The notes beneath the pieces were generated by a model. It was not told the DNA's origin. It saw nothing but the letters and a program-made list of their open reading frames with translations, and searched no databases. Positions 13,195 through 25,600 of a DNA stretch of 64,000 bases are shown piece by piece. The position numbers and the translations under genes are program-made. Position 1 is the stretch's first letter, and every line of letters starts with the position of its first letter. Source of the DNA: Eledone cirrhosa (taxonomy: Eukaryota); assembly GCA_964016885.1 (NCBI GenBank), contig OZ024763.1, positions 24,056,001 through 24,120,000 on the forward strand, in the 5' to 3' direction.

Positions 13195-13411
13195 TTTCGT
13201 TTCTGAATTTGTTTAGCAAGATTCTTTATCTGAAATCGTGTGTTGAAACCGATATTGTTATACTTTGGGAGGGTCAATGTTGCCAATAAGAAACACACGC
13301 ACCAGTTGCTTTCACTTCAATTTAACTTATTATATATTTATAAATTTACAAATTTATAAATTTCTCGTTGGTTGGTTGGTTCCACAACCAGATAGTTGTT
13401 TATATATATAT

Positions 13412-13456
13412 AGTCATAGTTCTTTCGTCACACACTCTGTGACCTCTTCAGTGACT
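13412..13456 (-). ncRNA. Minimal hammerhead motif in the inverted pLTR
   Basis: Exact reverse complement of 15151-15195. Confidence 0.8.
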
Positions 13457-13484
13457 GGGGATTTCTTTCTTCGTTTCTGTGCCT

Positions 13485-14842
13485 AGTAATAGTTACCTAG
13501 ACAATTATGACCTTAGCAACCTGTGCCCTACAAGACCAGCAAGAGGCAGACCACCTACCATTACCTCAATGGCCAAGAAAACCCACACAGATAGATGGAA
13601 CGGGTGGACCAGAGCCATACGGACACCCGAAAACCACGATGAACTGAAGAAAATGATTGCACATGCGGTAGGGGCCAGCATAAAATTAACCCTTAAGGAA
13701 CATATGTTCAAATTTAATGGTAAAACATATGCCCAAGAGGAAGGAGCAGCCATTGGTGTTAGCATTGCAGGCGACATAGCTAACTTATTCATGGTATAGT
13801 GGGACAGTAGACTTAAACAAAAACAAAAAGAGTTACTATAGACTACCCAAGTAGACACCCCAACCATCGATTACCTGTACTAGACACAGAGCTCTGGTTA
13901 GATACAATTAACAACCAAAAACAAATCCTCCATTCCCATTATGCCAAACCCATGACTTCCAAACATCTGATCCACCGAAACTCGGCCATTTCGGACCATA
14001 CCAAAATCAACATACTGATTGCGGATTTGGTACGGGTGAGGAGAAATGTGTCCCGCATGTGCAACCCCGAAGAACTAGAGAGACACATACAACACTTCAT
14101 CCACCGTATGCAGTTCTCTGGCTACAATCAGAGAGATAGAATCAGAGTGTATAAAGGAGCCAGAACCAAATGGGAAAAAATGGTAAATAATGACATAAAT
14201 GGGACCTGCCCCTTGTATAGGAGCAAATTTTGGAATAGAATAGAAAGAACTAGGAACAAGGCCAATAGAATAAACTCATGGTATGATAGCAATAAATACC
14301 AGAGTGTAATGTTCATCAATACAACCCCTAGAGGCGAACTAGCCTACAAATTTAGAAGGGCCCTAAAGAAACATAATCTCAATATTAAGATAGTAGAAAG
14401 ACCTGGTACCTCCGTAAAAACACTTATTAGCAAGACATACCCGTTCCAAAGACCCTCATGTATAGATAAAAAATGTATAACCTGTAAAATAAGCCCCCAC
14501 ATTAACTGTAAAACTAGAAATGTAGTATATAGCATAAGATGTACTGAAGGACAATGTAGAAACAAAAATATAGTGTACATAGGTGAGACAGCTCGTAGTA
14601 TAGGAGAACGAATAAATGAACACTGGCGAGACCTCCAAGATAATAAAGAATCATCTGTGCTCTACCAACATGCTAAGATAGAACACAGGGGTAAATTAGA
14701 GAGCATAGAAATAAAAATAGAATCCACACACAAGAAAGACGCAATGTTTAGGCAAATTACAGAGGCAGTAAGCATAAAAGAATTAAAACCAAAATTAAAT
14801 AGAAAATATGAGTGGAACAGCAACATCACAACTTACAATTAA
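13485..14842 (+). pseudogene. Disabled PLE reverse transcriptase / GIY-YIG endonuclease ORF
   Basis: TAG at 13797-13799 (Trp in copy 2); a deletion near 13828 removes about 165 bp including RYVDD, which copy 2 keeps; thumb and endonuclease remain open at 13952-14842. Confidence 0.9.
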
Positions 14843-15048
14843 GGACAAAATGAAAACACACACACACATAGAACAAACAACTTACAATTGAAAACACACA
14901 CAAAATGAAAACACACACAAGACAAAATGAAAACACACACACACATAGAACAAACAACCAACCAACAATAAATAAATAAATAAATAAACAAATAAAAAAA
15001 AAATATAAATAGAAAAATAGAAAAATGAACACAAACACACACAGACAC

Positions 15049-15104
15049 CCGGATGTGGCGCATGCGCAAACTGAGCACGCAACCCACACACAAACAAAAT
15101 GGCG
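15049..15104 (+). promoter_or_regulatory. Candidate internal Pol II promoter of the pLTR (ETS, NRF1 and YY1-like motifs)
   Basis: CCGGATGT 15049-15056, GCGCATGCGC 15058-15067, CAAAATGGCG 15095-15104; conserved in copy 2 near 56576-56634. Confidence 0.5.
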
Positions 15105-15150
15105 TAGGATAGAAGAAAGGAAAGGCACAGAAACGAAGAAAGAAATCCCC

Positions 15151-15195
15151 AGTCACTGAAGAGGTCACAGAGTGTGTGACGAAAGAACTATGACT
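15151..15195 (+). ncRNA. Minimal type I hammerhead ribozyme motif in the 3' pLTR
   Basis: AGTCA-CTGAAGA-G-GTCACA gagtg TGTGAC-GAAA-GAAC-TA-TGACT; predicted cut after CUA at 15190. Confidence 0.8.
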
Positions 15196-15368
15196 ATATA
15201 TATATATATAAACAACTATCTGGTTGTGGAACCAACCAACCAACCAGAAATTTATAAATTTGTAAATTTATAAATATATAATAAGTTAAATTGAAGTGAA
15301 AGCAACTGGTGCGTGTGTTTCTTATTGGCAACATGACCCTCCCAAAGTATAACAATATATATATATAC

Positions 15369-15407
<39 letters not shown>

Positions 15408-15455
15408 ATATATATACATATATATATACAATATATATATACAATATATATATAC

Positions 15456-15571
<116 letters not shown>

Positions 15572-15576
15572 ATATA

Positions 15577-15608
<32 letters not shown>

Positions 15609-15671
15609 CAATATATATATATACATATATATATATACAATATATATATATACATATATATATACAATATA

Positions 15672-16092
15672 TACGATATTAGACAAATGGAAACTATATT
15701 TATAAAACCATATTTATTTTGTTATATATATTTCTGGGATATCATATTAAAAATATGGTATGCCTTCCTCAGACAAAATACAATACATAAGCTGTTTTAT
15801 AAATAATTTTGACATACCTACCAAATCAACTTTTTAAATGGAAGTTGCATTATTATAAGGTATGTCAAAATTATTTATAAAACAGCTTATGTATTGTATT
15901 TTGTCTGAGGAAGGCATACCATATTTTTAATATGATATCCCAGAAATATATATAACGAAATAAATATGGTTTTATAAATATAGTTTCCATTTGTTTAATA
16001 TCGTAAACCTACTCCAGAAACTGTTGAGTGCTTTTATATCAGTTATAAAATATTTACTCGTTGTAACCCAACAATTTTAAATAAAACTTTTG
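15672..16092 (+). mobile_element. ORF-less fold-back element A (about 148-bp inverted arms, hammerhead, unique tail)
   Basis: Arms 15672-15819 and 15858-16005 are near-perfect reverse complements; the tail has ACTCCAGAAACTGTTGAGTGCTTTTA and AATAAA. Confidence 0.8.
15897..15962 (+). ncRNA. Type I hammerhead motif with palindromic stem III (second copy on the minus strand in the left arm)
   Basis: TATTTTGT-CTGAGGA-[imperfect stem II]-GAA-ATATATAT-A-ACGAAATA. Confidence 0.65.
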
Positions 16093-16098
16093 CATATA

Positions 16099-16129
<31 letters not shown>

Positions 16130-17029
16130 CAATATATATATATATATATGTCTGACGTGTCAAAGTTATTTATGAAGTAATTAGAAATATATACATACAC
16201 ACACACATACATCATATAAACACTCAGATATGTATACACACACACATACATACATATATATATATATACACACACACACATATATATATATATATACACA
16301 CATACACACTCATTCACACACACATATATATACACATATGCTAGTATGAAAAAATGGCCGTTAGTTAACCGGTGATAATGAAGATGACACATATATACAA
16401 ATATATATATATATACATATATACAAATATATATATATATACATATATACAAATATATATATATATATATATACATATATACAAATTATATATATATATA
16501 CATATATACAAATTATATATATATATACATATATACAAATATATATATATATATACATATATACAAATTATATATATATACATATATACAAATATATATA
16601 TATACATATATACAAATATATAGATATGTATACATATATACAAATATATATATATATATATATACATATATACAAATATATATATATATGTACATATATA
16701 CAAATTATATATATATATAAACATATATACATACATATACAAATATATATATATATAGATAGATACATATATGGATACAGTTATGCGTGTTCCAATTATT
16801 GCATGTACTGATTGACTTAGTCACTGAATTAGCAAGTAAAGTGGCTGAGTATTCCACAGACTCATTACTCTATATATAATCTTAAGCCAGAATTATGACA
16901 TGGGTTTGACATGACACAATTTTGGCAAGATAGCTGACTCTTGGCTGTGATAAGAAGGACTTGCTCTAAATATGCCACACGTGTATATTCGTTTGAGTTT
17001 GTGTATATAAATACATATTTGTATATATA

Positions 17030-17522
17030 TATATATAAATATACACATATATATAGGTATATATATATACATAAATATACACATATATATAGGTATATAT
17101 ATATACATAAATATACACATATATATAGGTATATATATATATACATAAATATACACATATATATAGGTATATATATATATACATAAATATAGGTATATAT
17201 ATAGGTATATATATATATACATAAATATAGGTATATATATATACATAAATATAGGTATATATATATACATAAATATACACATATATATAGGTATATATAT
17301 ATATACATAAATATAGGTATATATATATACATATACACATATATATATATACATAAATATACACATATATATATATACATAAATATACACATATATATAT
17401 ATACATAAATATACACATATATATATATACATAAATATACACATATATATATATACATAAATATACACATATATATAGGTATATATATATATACATAAAT
17501 ATACACATATTTCTAGGTATAT
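17030..17522. repeat. AT-rich minisatellite (about 36-38 bp) interrupted by the RTE insertion
   Basis: ATAGGT(AT)nACATAAATATACACATAT units; the same unit resumes at 20410-20453. Confidence 0.85.
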
Positions 17523-20410
17523 ATCATCATCATCATCATCAACGTTTAACGTCCGTGTTCCACGCTTGCATGGGTTTGGACGGGGGTAGTCCCACTTGAG
17601 GCAAGAGTGATTGTCTTGCTCGCATAGGACTGTCTGGCAGGTTTTCTACAGTTGGATGCCCTTCCTAACACCAACCACATTTACAGTGTGGGTCTGGGAG
17701 GTTTTTACCGTGTTGCCTACACGGACACATTACAGCGTGGACTGTCTGTTTTTTTGTCGTGACACCTACACGATCTCATTTGTTTCGGCCTGGATGGTGT
17801 GGCACCAACATAACTTTACATAGAACGGGGTGGTGTGGATGGGGGGGGGGGGTATTTTGCTAGAGATGCCTACTGGCTGTAGTAGGTTTTACTATGTATT
17901 TAGGTAAGGCGGGTCTTCTCTGTTACTGAGTACCGCCAAAGGTCTCGGTCCAGTGACATTGTCTTGGAGAGGTGTAAGTGTGTGAGGTCGGAGTTTATCA
18001 GCTCGTCCCAGGTTTTTCTAGGTCTGCCTATACCGTGGCTACCGTCTATCTTTATTGCCCTGCACTTTGTTATACAGCTATCGACTTTCATGCACATCAC
18101 GTGTCCATACCAACGTAGCTTTCTCTCGAGTAAACAACATCTGATCCCTCTTATTTCTAATTTTTTCCTTAGTTCGTTTATGCTTTGCCGTTCACATATA
18201 TTACTGTTACACATCCAGCGGAGCATGCAAGCTTCGTTCATCTCTAGTCTGCGTATATCCTCTGCACACAATGCCCAGGTCTCACTGCCATGCAACATTG
18301 CTGTTCGTATGCAGGCATCATACAACCTGCCTTTCATTTTTAGGGAGAACCCTTTAGCAGCTAATAGTGGTATAAGCTCTCTGAACTTTTTCCAACCAGT
18401 TCTGACTCTAGCTACTGTACTTTCAGAGCACCCTCCCCCACTGCTGATTTTATCACCCAGGTAACGGAAACTGTCCACTATTTCTTTAGAACCCTCTGCG
18501 CAATTGAAAGAGCTAGTATTTTGTGGGCACTTGCTGCTACTTATTGCACCAGAGCACCGGCCACATGTAAAATCTATGTTCTTAGTTAGCTTACCTGTGA
18601 TCCCACTACATCTTTTATGCACCCATACTTTGCATTTAGGACATAAAATGGAGTTTCTACCTACGCCTTTCCTACACACCGAGCACGACCATTTCCCAGA
18701 AGGGACCGCCGCCTTATTTTCTTTCCTACAAACTAGAACTTTAGTCTTAGCCAGGTTAATTTTAAGGCCTTTTGATTCTAGGCCGTGCTTCCATGTTTGG
18801 AATTTCTTCTCTAGCTCGGCCATTGATTCCGCTATGAGTGTCAGGTCGTCTGCGTATAGGAGTTCCCATGGGCAGCCGGTCTTGAACTCCTCTGTTATAG
18901 CCTGAAGGGTAATAATAAATAGTAGGGGGCTGAGAACAGAGCCCTGATGGACGCCAACTTTTACGCTAAACTCTTCACTATATTCGTTGTTAATTCTAAC
19001 CTTGCTGACTGTTTCTTTATACATGGCTTGTATAGCTCTCACAAGCCATTCGTCAACGCCTAGTTTTCTAAGAGCCCACCAGATAATGGAGCGGGGGACT
19101 CTGTCGAAGGCTTTCTCCAAGTCGACAAAAGCTAAGTAGAGGGGTTTACCTTTAGCTAGGTACTTCTCCTGTAGTTGTCGTACAATGAAAAGAGCGTCTG
19201 TGGTACTTTTGCCTGACACAAACCCGAACTGCATTTCATCTAGGTCAATTCTCTCTCTGATTAGTTGTGCTATTACTTTTTCCGTGACCTTCATGACCTG
19301 GTCGATTAATTTAATGCCTCTATAGTTACTCCTATCTAGGGCATCTCCTTTACCCTTATAACAGTTAACAATGATGCTACTATGCCAGTCCTTCGGAACA
19401 ACCCCATTCTGTACGACTTGGTTAACTATGCGGGTGACCACGGTGTGTCCCACCATGCCAGATGCCTTCAGCATCTCAGCAACTATTTCCGAAGGCCCAG
19501 CCGCCTTACCCGTCTTCATATCCTTGATTGCCTTACTTATTATACTCCCCTCGACTAACACTGCTGGTCCCTCTATTGGGTCGATATGGGGGAGACTGTC
19601 TTTCTCCCATTTATTCTCCTCATTTAGTAGCCTTTCATAGTGACACTACCAAGCTACCTTCTTATCAGCGTCGGTGATGGCAAGTATGCCATCATCGTTA
19701 AGTACACACTTCTCCCCGACAATATCACGGTTTTCCTTGACGCATTGCCTAGCAATCCTGAACACCTCACGTTTTTGGTCATCGCGTTGTAGAACATGCT
19801 TGAACTTTCTTTCCTCAGCTTCCCTTCTTGCTAAGTACACTTGTCTCCTAGCTTCCCTCCTGGCCACTTGATAGTCTTCTCTACTTCCCCCATCCCGCCA
19901 TACTTTCCAAGCCTGCTTTTTGGCCTTAATTGACCCCTCCACCTTACTGTTCCACCACCATGTTACTCTCCTCCTGCCCACAGGCCTGCTCCAGCCACAG
20001 ACTTCGTCTGTCGCCAACAGCAGGTTTGCTTTCAGAAACTCCCACTGTCCCTCTATATTGTCCGACTCTAAATGTTCTTCCTTACTGTCGAAAGCATCAA
20101 GTAATATGCTTTGAAATTTATTTCTGGCTGTGGGGTCCTTTAGCTTCCATATTTTTCTCCTGAGGATAGTCCTCTTCTGCTGTCGAGTACGTCTCGTCCT
20201 GACTATGAGGTCGCTAATTATCAGTCTATGTTGGGAGGTGCATTCTTCATGGGGGAGGGATTTAGTGTTTACAACAGACACTCTGTCACGTCTTCTGGTA
20301 AGGATATAATCTACCTGGCTTGTGTGTTCCCCGGATCTATAGGTGATCAGGTGATTGTCACGTTTTTTGAAGTTAGTGTTACAGATAGTTAGGTTATTTG
20401 CATCACAGAT
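17523..20410 (-). mobile_element. RTE-clade LINE (family A), 5' truncated
   Basis: End of APE domain (TSQVDYILTR), RT (FVDLEKAFD, GVHQGSVLSP, LLYADD), RTE C-terminus (LRWYGHV..GRPRKTW), about 370-bp 3' UTR and (GAT)n tail. Confidence 0.95.
17900..20408 (-). pseudogene. RTE ORF (partial endonuclease, RT, PHD finger) with one in-frame stop
   Basis: ORFs 19646-20428 and 17900-19561 are in the same frame, separated only by TAG at 19646-19648. Confidence 0.9.
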
Positions 20411-20459
20411 ATACATAAATATACACATATATATAGGTATATATACATAAATATTAATT

Positions 20460-20735
20460 AATTAACCTCGATGGGATTTGAACTCAGAACGTAAAGGGCC
20501 ATGTTGCACAGCATAGCATGTCACGCTCTACCGATACTGCCAATACACCAATTTATATTTAAATAATTGTTTCTACTTTTGGCACAAGGCTAGCAATTAT
20601 CTCAGTACATTACTGGTACTTTATTTTATCGACCCTGTAAGGATGAAAGGCAAAGTTAACCTCGGCGGGATTTGAACTCAGATCATCAAGGGCTGTAACT
20701 ATCGTCTGGTTCCCTATTGATACTGCCAATCAACC
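20460..20735 (-). mobile_element. Two adjacent Nin/Deu-like SINE copies (head fragment plus near-full copy)
   Basis: GGGATTTGAACTCAGA and GATACTGCCAAT occur twice; core TTTTATCGACCCTGTAAGGATGAAAGGC. Confidence 0.8.
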
Positions 20736-21091
20736 GTAATGCAAGAAGAAAAGAAAATATCAGCGATACGAAGTACAAGTAAACTCCGTGTGTATATCCA
20801 GTTTCAGAGTGAAAATAATATTTCTAAATCAAACTTTAGCTGCAGTACAGCAGGTACTATTCAATTTGTTTTGAAGCCATCACAAAGCACTCAATGACGT
20901 AAAAATTAAAAACAAAGATTAAGTCAAAGTTAAGTTAAACACCGTAGTTATAAAGTGTGACACCAAGAGATCTGACCGAAGGCACAAACTATATATACAA
21001 CAAAATTACAATATATACAAAAAGGTTTTTCCCAAACATATATATATGTTTTTCCCCAAACATATATATATATATGTTTTTCCCAACACAT

Positions 21092-21126
<35 letters not shown>

Positions 21127-21131
21127 CATAT

Positions 21132-21511
21132 GTAGGAGGTGAGTTTTATTGTAGCACAATAAAGCAATGCAAATATCGGATAAGTAGCACTCAACACTTT
21201 ATTGAACTGGAGTATATATAAAAAGAAATTAAAAGATTGTTAGAAAAGTTCCATGTATTTTATTATGCGCATTTCAAAAACAAATATCATCCAGGGACGA
21301 TATTTGCGTTCTCATCAGATAAAATAGGGAGACATGATATGAAGCTTAAAAAAAGACATTTGCGAGCAAGGTAGTGTCTAAACAACATATAATAATAATA
21401 TGTTATATGTTGTTTAGACACTACCTTGCTCACAAATGTCTTTTTTTAAGCTTCATATCATGTCTCCCTATTTTATCTGATGAGAACGCAAATATCGTCC
21501 CTGGATGATAT
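21132..21511 (-). mobile_element. ORF-less fold-back element B (about 109-bp inverted arms, hammerhead, unique tail)
   Basis: Arms 21284-21392 and 21403-21511 with about one mismatch; same family as 32029-32349. Confidence 0.85.
21256..21326 (-). ncRNA. Type I hammerhead ribozyme motif with palindromic stem III
   Basis: Minus strand: TATTTTAT-CTGATGA-GAACGCAAATATC..GATATTTGTTTTT-GAA-ATGCGCAT-A-ATAAAATA; 8-bp stem I; cleavage triplet AUA. Confidence 0.8.
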
Positions 21512-22629
21512 ATGGTATGATATGGTATAGTGATTGTAGTGGTATTGGTATTCAACACTACAACAGCACCATCATTGGTATACCATTGGAACACCATCAT
21601 ACCATCACCAATAACACCAACACAGACAAGAACAACATCTCTACACCATCACTACAACACCAACAGCAACACTAACAACAGCAACATCAACAACACCAAC
21701 AGCACCACCAACACTAACACCACCACCAAAAACATCATCTCCAACAACACCACCAACACCACCAACATCAACAACACCACCAACAACATCAACACCACCA
21801 CCAAGAACACCACCATCCAAAACACCACTAACACCACCACCACCTCCACCACTAACACGACCAACACTAACAACACCACCACCAACAACACGACCAACAA
21901 CACGACCACCACGAATGCTACCACCAACCTCAACACACCACCAACACTAACACTAACACCACCAACACCACCACCACCACCAACATCACCAACACCACCA
22001 ACAACAACATCATCACCAACACCACACCTATTATTTTTTAAGATTACCAAACAAACAGGGCTGACTCATTTGTTAAAAATCTTACCCCAGGACCAGCCCC
22101 ACCACACCACCACCACACCACTAAACTTTACCTTCCATATCTTTGGTCCCTGCCCCCACCGACCTCAACCATACCGTTAGCTTTTTAACTTCCATATCTT
22201 CGCAGATTCTTTCACTTACCACCACCACCACCACTACTAGTACTAACACTAAGACTACCTCCACCACCACTAAAACTACCAGAAATACCACTACCACCAT
22301 TACCCCCGTCGCCACCACCACCACTAACACCATCTCCACCTCCGGAACCACCACCACCACCACTAACACCACCACTACTACTATCACCACCACTACTATC
22401 ACCACTAATACCACCACAACCACCATCACCACCACCACAACTACTATCACCACTAACACACCACCACCACCACTAATACTATCACCATCACCACCACAAC
22501 CACTAACACACCACCACCTCTACTACCACCACCACCACCACATCAGTCAGTCTAAATTTACCAAACATGGTACCACTGTATTCCTAATAACACCTCTTTC
22601 ACTATCTTTATTATTCAATGGACATTCCA

Positions 22630-25600
22630 GCTGCCACCACCACCACCACTACCACAAATACTCCCCCCACTACCATCACCACCACTACCACAAAGACTCC
22701 CCCCACTACCATCACCACCACTACCACAAAGACTGCCCCCACTACCATCACCATCACTACCACAAATACTCCCCCCACTACCATCACCACCACTACCACA
22801 AAGACTCCCCCCACTACCATCACCACCACTACCACAAAGACTGCCCCCACTACCATTACCACCACTACCACAAAGACTGCCCCCACTACCATCACCATCA
22901 CTACCACAAATACTCCCCCCACTACCATCACCACCACTACCACAAAGACTCCCCCCACTACCATCACCACCACTACCACAAAGACTGCCCCCACTACCAT
23001 TACCACCACTACCACAAAGACTGCCCCCACTACCATCACCATCACTACCACAAATACTCCCCCCACTACCATCACCACCACTACCACAAAGACTGCCCCC
23101 ACTACCATCACCACCACTACCACAAAGACTGCCCCCACTACCATTACCACCACTACCACAAAGACTGCCCCCACTACCATCACCACCACTACCACAAAGA
23201 CTGCCCCCACTACCATTACCACCACTACCACAAAGACTGCCCCCACTACCATCACCACCACTACCACAAATACTGCCCCCACTACCATCACCACCACTAC
23301 CACAAAGACTGCCCCCACTACCATCACCACCACTACCACAAAGACTGCCCCCACTACCATCACCACCACTACCACAAAGACTGCCCCCACTACCATCACC
23401 ACCACTACCACAAAGACTGCCCCCACTACCATTACCACCACTACCACAAAGACTGCCCCCACTACCATCACCACCACTACCACAAAGACTGCCCCCACTA
23501 CCATTACCACCACTACCACAAAGACTGCCCCCACTACCATCACCACCACTACCACAAAGACTGCCCCCACTACCATCACCACCACTACCACAAAGACTGC
23601 CCCCACTACCATTACCACCACTACCACAAAGACTCCCCCCACTACCATCACCACCACTACCACAAAGACTCCCCCCACTACCATCACCACCACTACCACA
23701 AAGACTCCCCCCACTACCATCACCACCACTACCACAAAGACTGCCCCCACTACCATCACCACCACTACCACAAAGACTGCCCCCACTACCATCACCACCA
23801 CTACCACAAAGACTGCCCCCACTACCATTACCACCACTACCACAAAGACTGCCCCCACTACCATCACCATCACTACCACAAATACTCCCCCCACTACCAT
23901 CACCATCACTACCACAAATACTCCCCCCACAACCATCACCACCACTACCACAAAGACTGCCCCCACTACCATCACCACCACTACCACAAATACTCCCCCC
24001 ACTACCATCACCACCACTACCACAAAGACTGCCCCCACTACCACCACCACCACTACCACAAATACTCCCCCCACTACCATCACCACCACTACCACAAATA
24101 CTCCCCCCACTACCATCACCACCACTACCACAAAGACTGCCCCCACTACCATTACCACCACTACCACAAATACTCCCCCCACTACCATCACCACCACTAC
24201 CACAAATACTCCCCCCACAACCATCACCACCACTACCACAAATACTCCCCCCACTACCATCACCACCACTACCACAAAGACTGCCCCCACTACCATCACC
24301 ACCACTACCACAAATACTCCCCCCACTACCATCACCACCACTACCACAAAGACTGCCCCCACTACCACCACCACCACTACCACAAATACTCCCCCCACTA
24401 CCATCACCACCACTACCACAAAGACTGCCCCCACTACCATCACCATCACTACCACAAAGACTCCCCCCCCACAACCATCACCACCACTACCACAAAGACT
24501 GCCCCCACAACCATCACCACCACTACCACAAATACTCCCCCCCCCCACAACCATCACCATCACTACCACAAAGACTCCCCCCCCACAACCATCACCACCA
24601 CTACCACAAAGACTGCTCCCACTACCATCACCACCACTACCACAAAGACTCCCCCCCCACAACCATCACCACCACTACCACAAATACTCCCCCCCCCCAC
24701 AACCATCACCATCACTACCACAAAGACTCCCCCCCCACAACCATCACCACCACTACCACAAAGACTGCCCCCACAACCATCACCACCACTACCACAAATA
24801 CTCCCCCCCCCCACAACCATCACCATCACTACCACAAAGACTCCCCCCCCACAACCATCACCACCACTACCACAAAGACTGCCCCCACTACCATCACCAC
24901 CACTACCACAAATACTCCCCCCACTACCACCACCACCACTACCACAAATACTCCCCCCACTACCATCACCACCACTACCACAAAGACTGCCCCCACTACC
25001 ATCACCACCACTACCACAAAGACTCCCCCCACAACCATCACCATCACTACCACAAAGACTGCCCCCACTACCATCACCACCACTACCACAAATACTCCCC
25101 CCACTACCACCACCACCACTACCACAAATACTCCCCCCACTACCATCACCACCACTACCACAAAGACTGCCCCCACTACCATCACCACCACTACCACAAA
25201 GACTCCCCCCCCCACAACCATCACCATCACTACCACAAAGACTCCCCCCACTACCACCACCACCACTACCACAAAGACTCCCCCCACTACCATCACCATC
25301 ACTACCACAAAGACTCCCCCCCCACAACCATCACCACCACTACCACAAAGACTCCCCCCCCACAACCATCACCACCACTACCACAAAGACTCCCCCCACT
25401 ACCATCACCACCACTACCACAAAGACTGCCCCCACTACCATCACCATCACTACCACAAAGACTGCTCCCACTACCATCACCACCACTACCACAAAGACTC
25501 CCCCCCACAACCATCACCACCACTACCACAAATACTCCCCCCACTACCATCACCACCACTACCACAAATACTCCCCCCACAACCATCACCATCACTACCA

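Larger units (their letters stand above)
13195..15358 (+). mobile_element. Penelope-like retroelement copy 1: inverted pLTR (13195-13484), 5'-truncated RT-GIY-YIG ORF, 3' pLTR
   Basis: RT motif YAQEEGAAIGVSIAGDIANLFM; Cys linker and GIY-YIG (NVVYSIRC..VYIGET..ERINEH); most of 13195-13484 is the reverse complement of 15123-15358, plus a ~55-bp tail. Confidence 0.95.
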
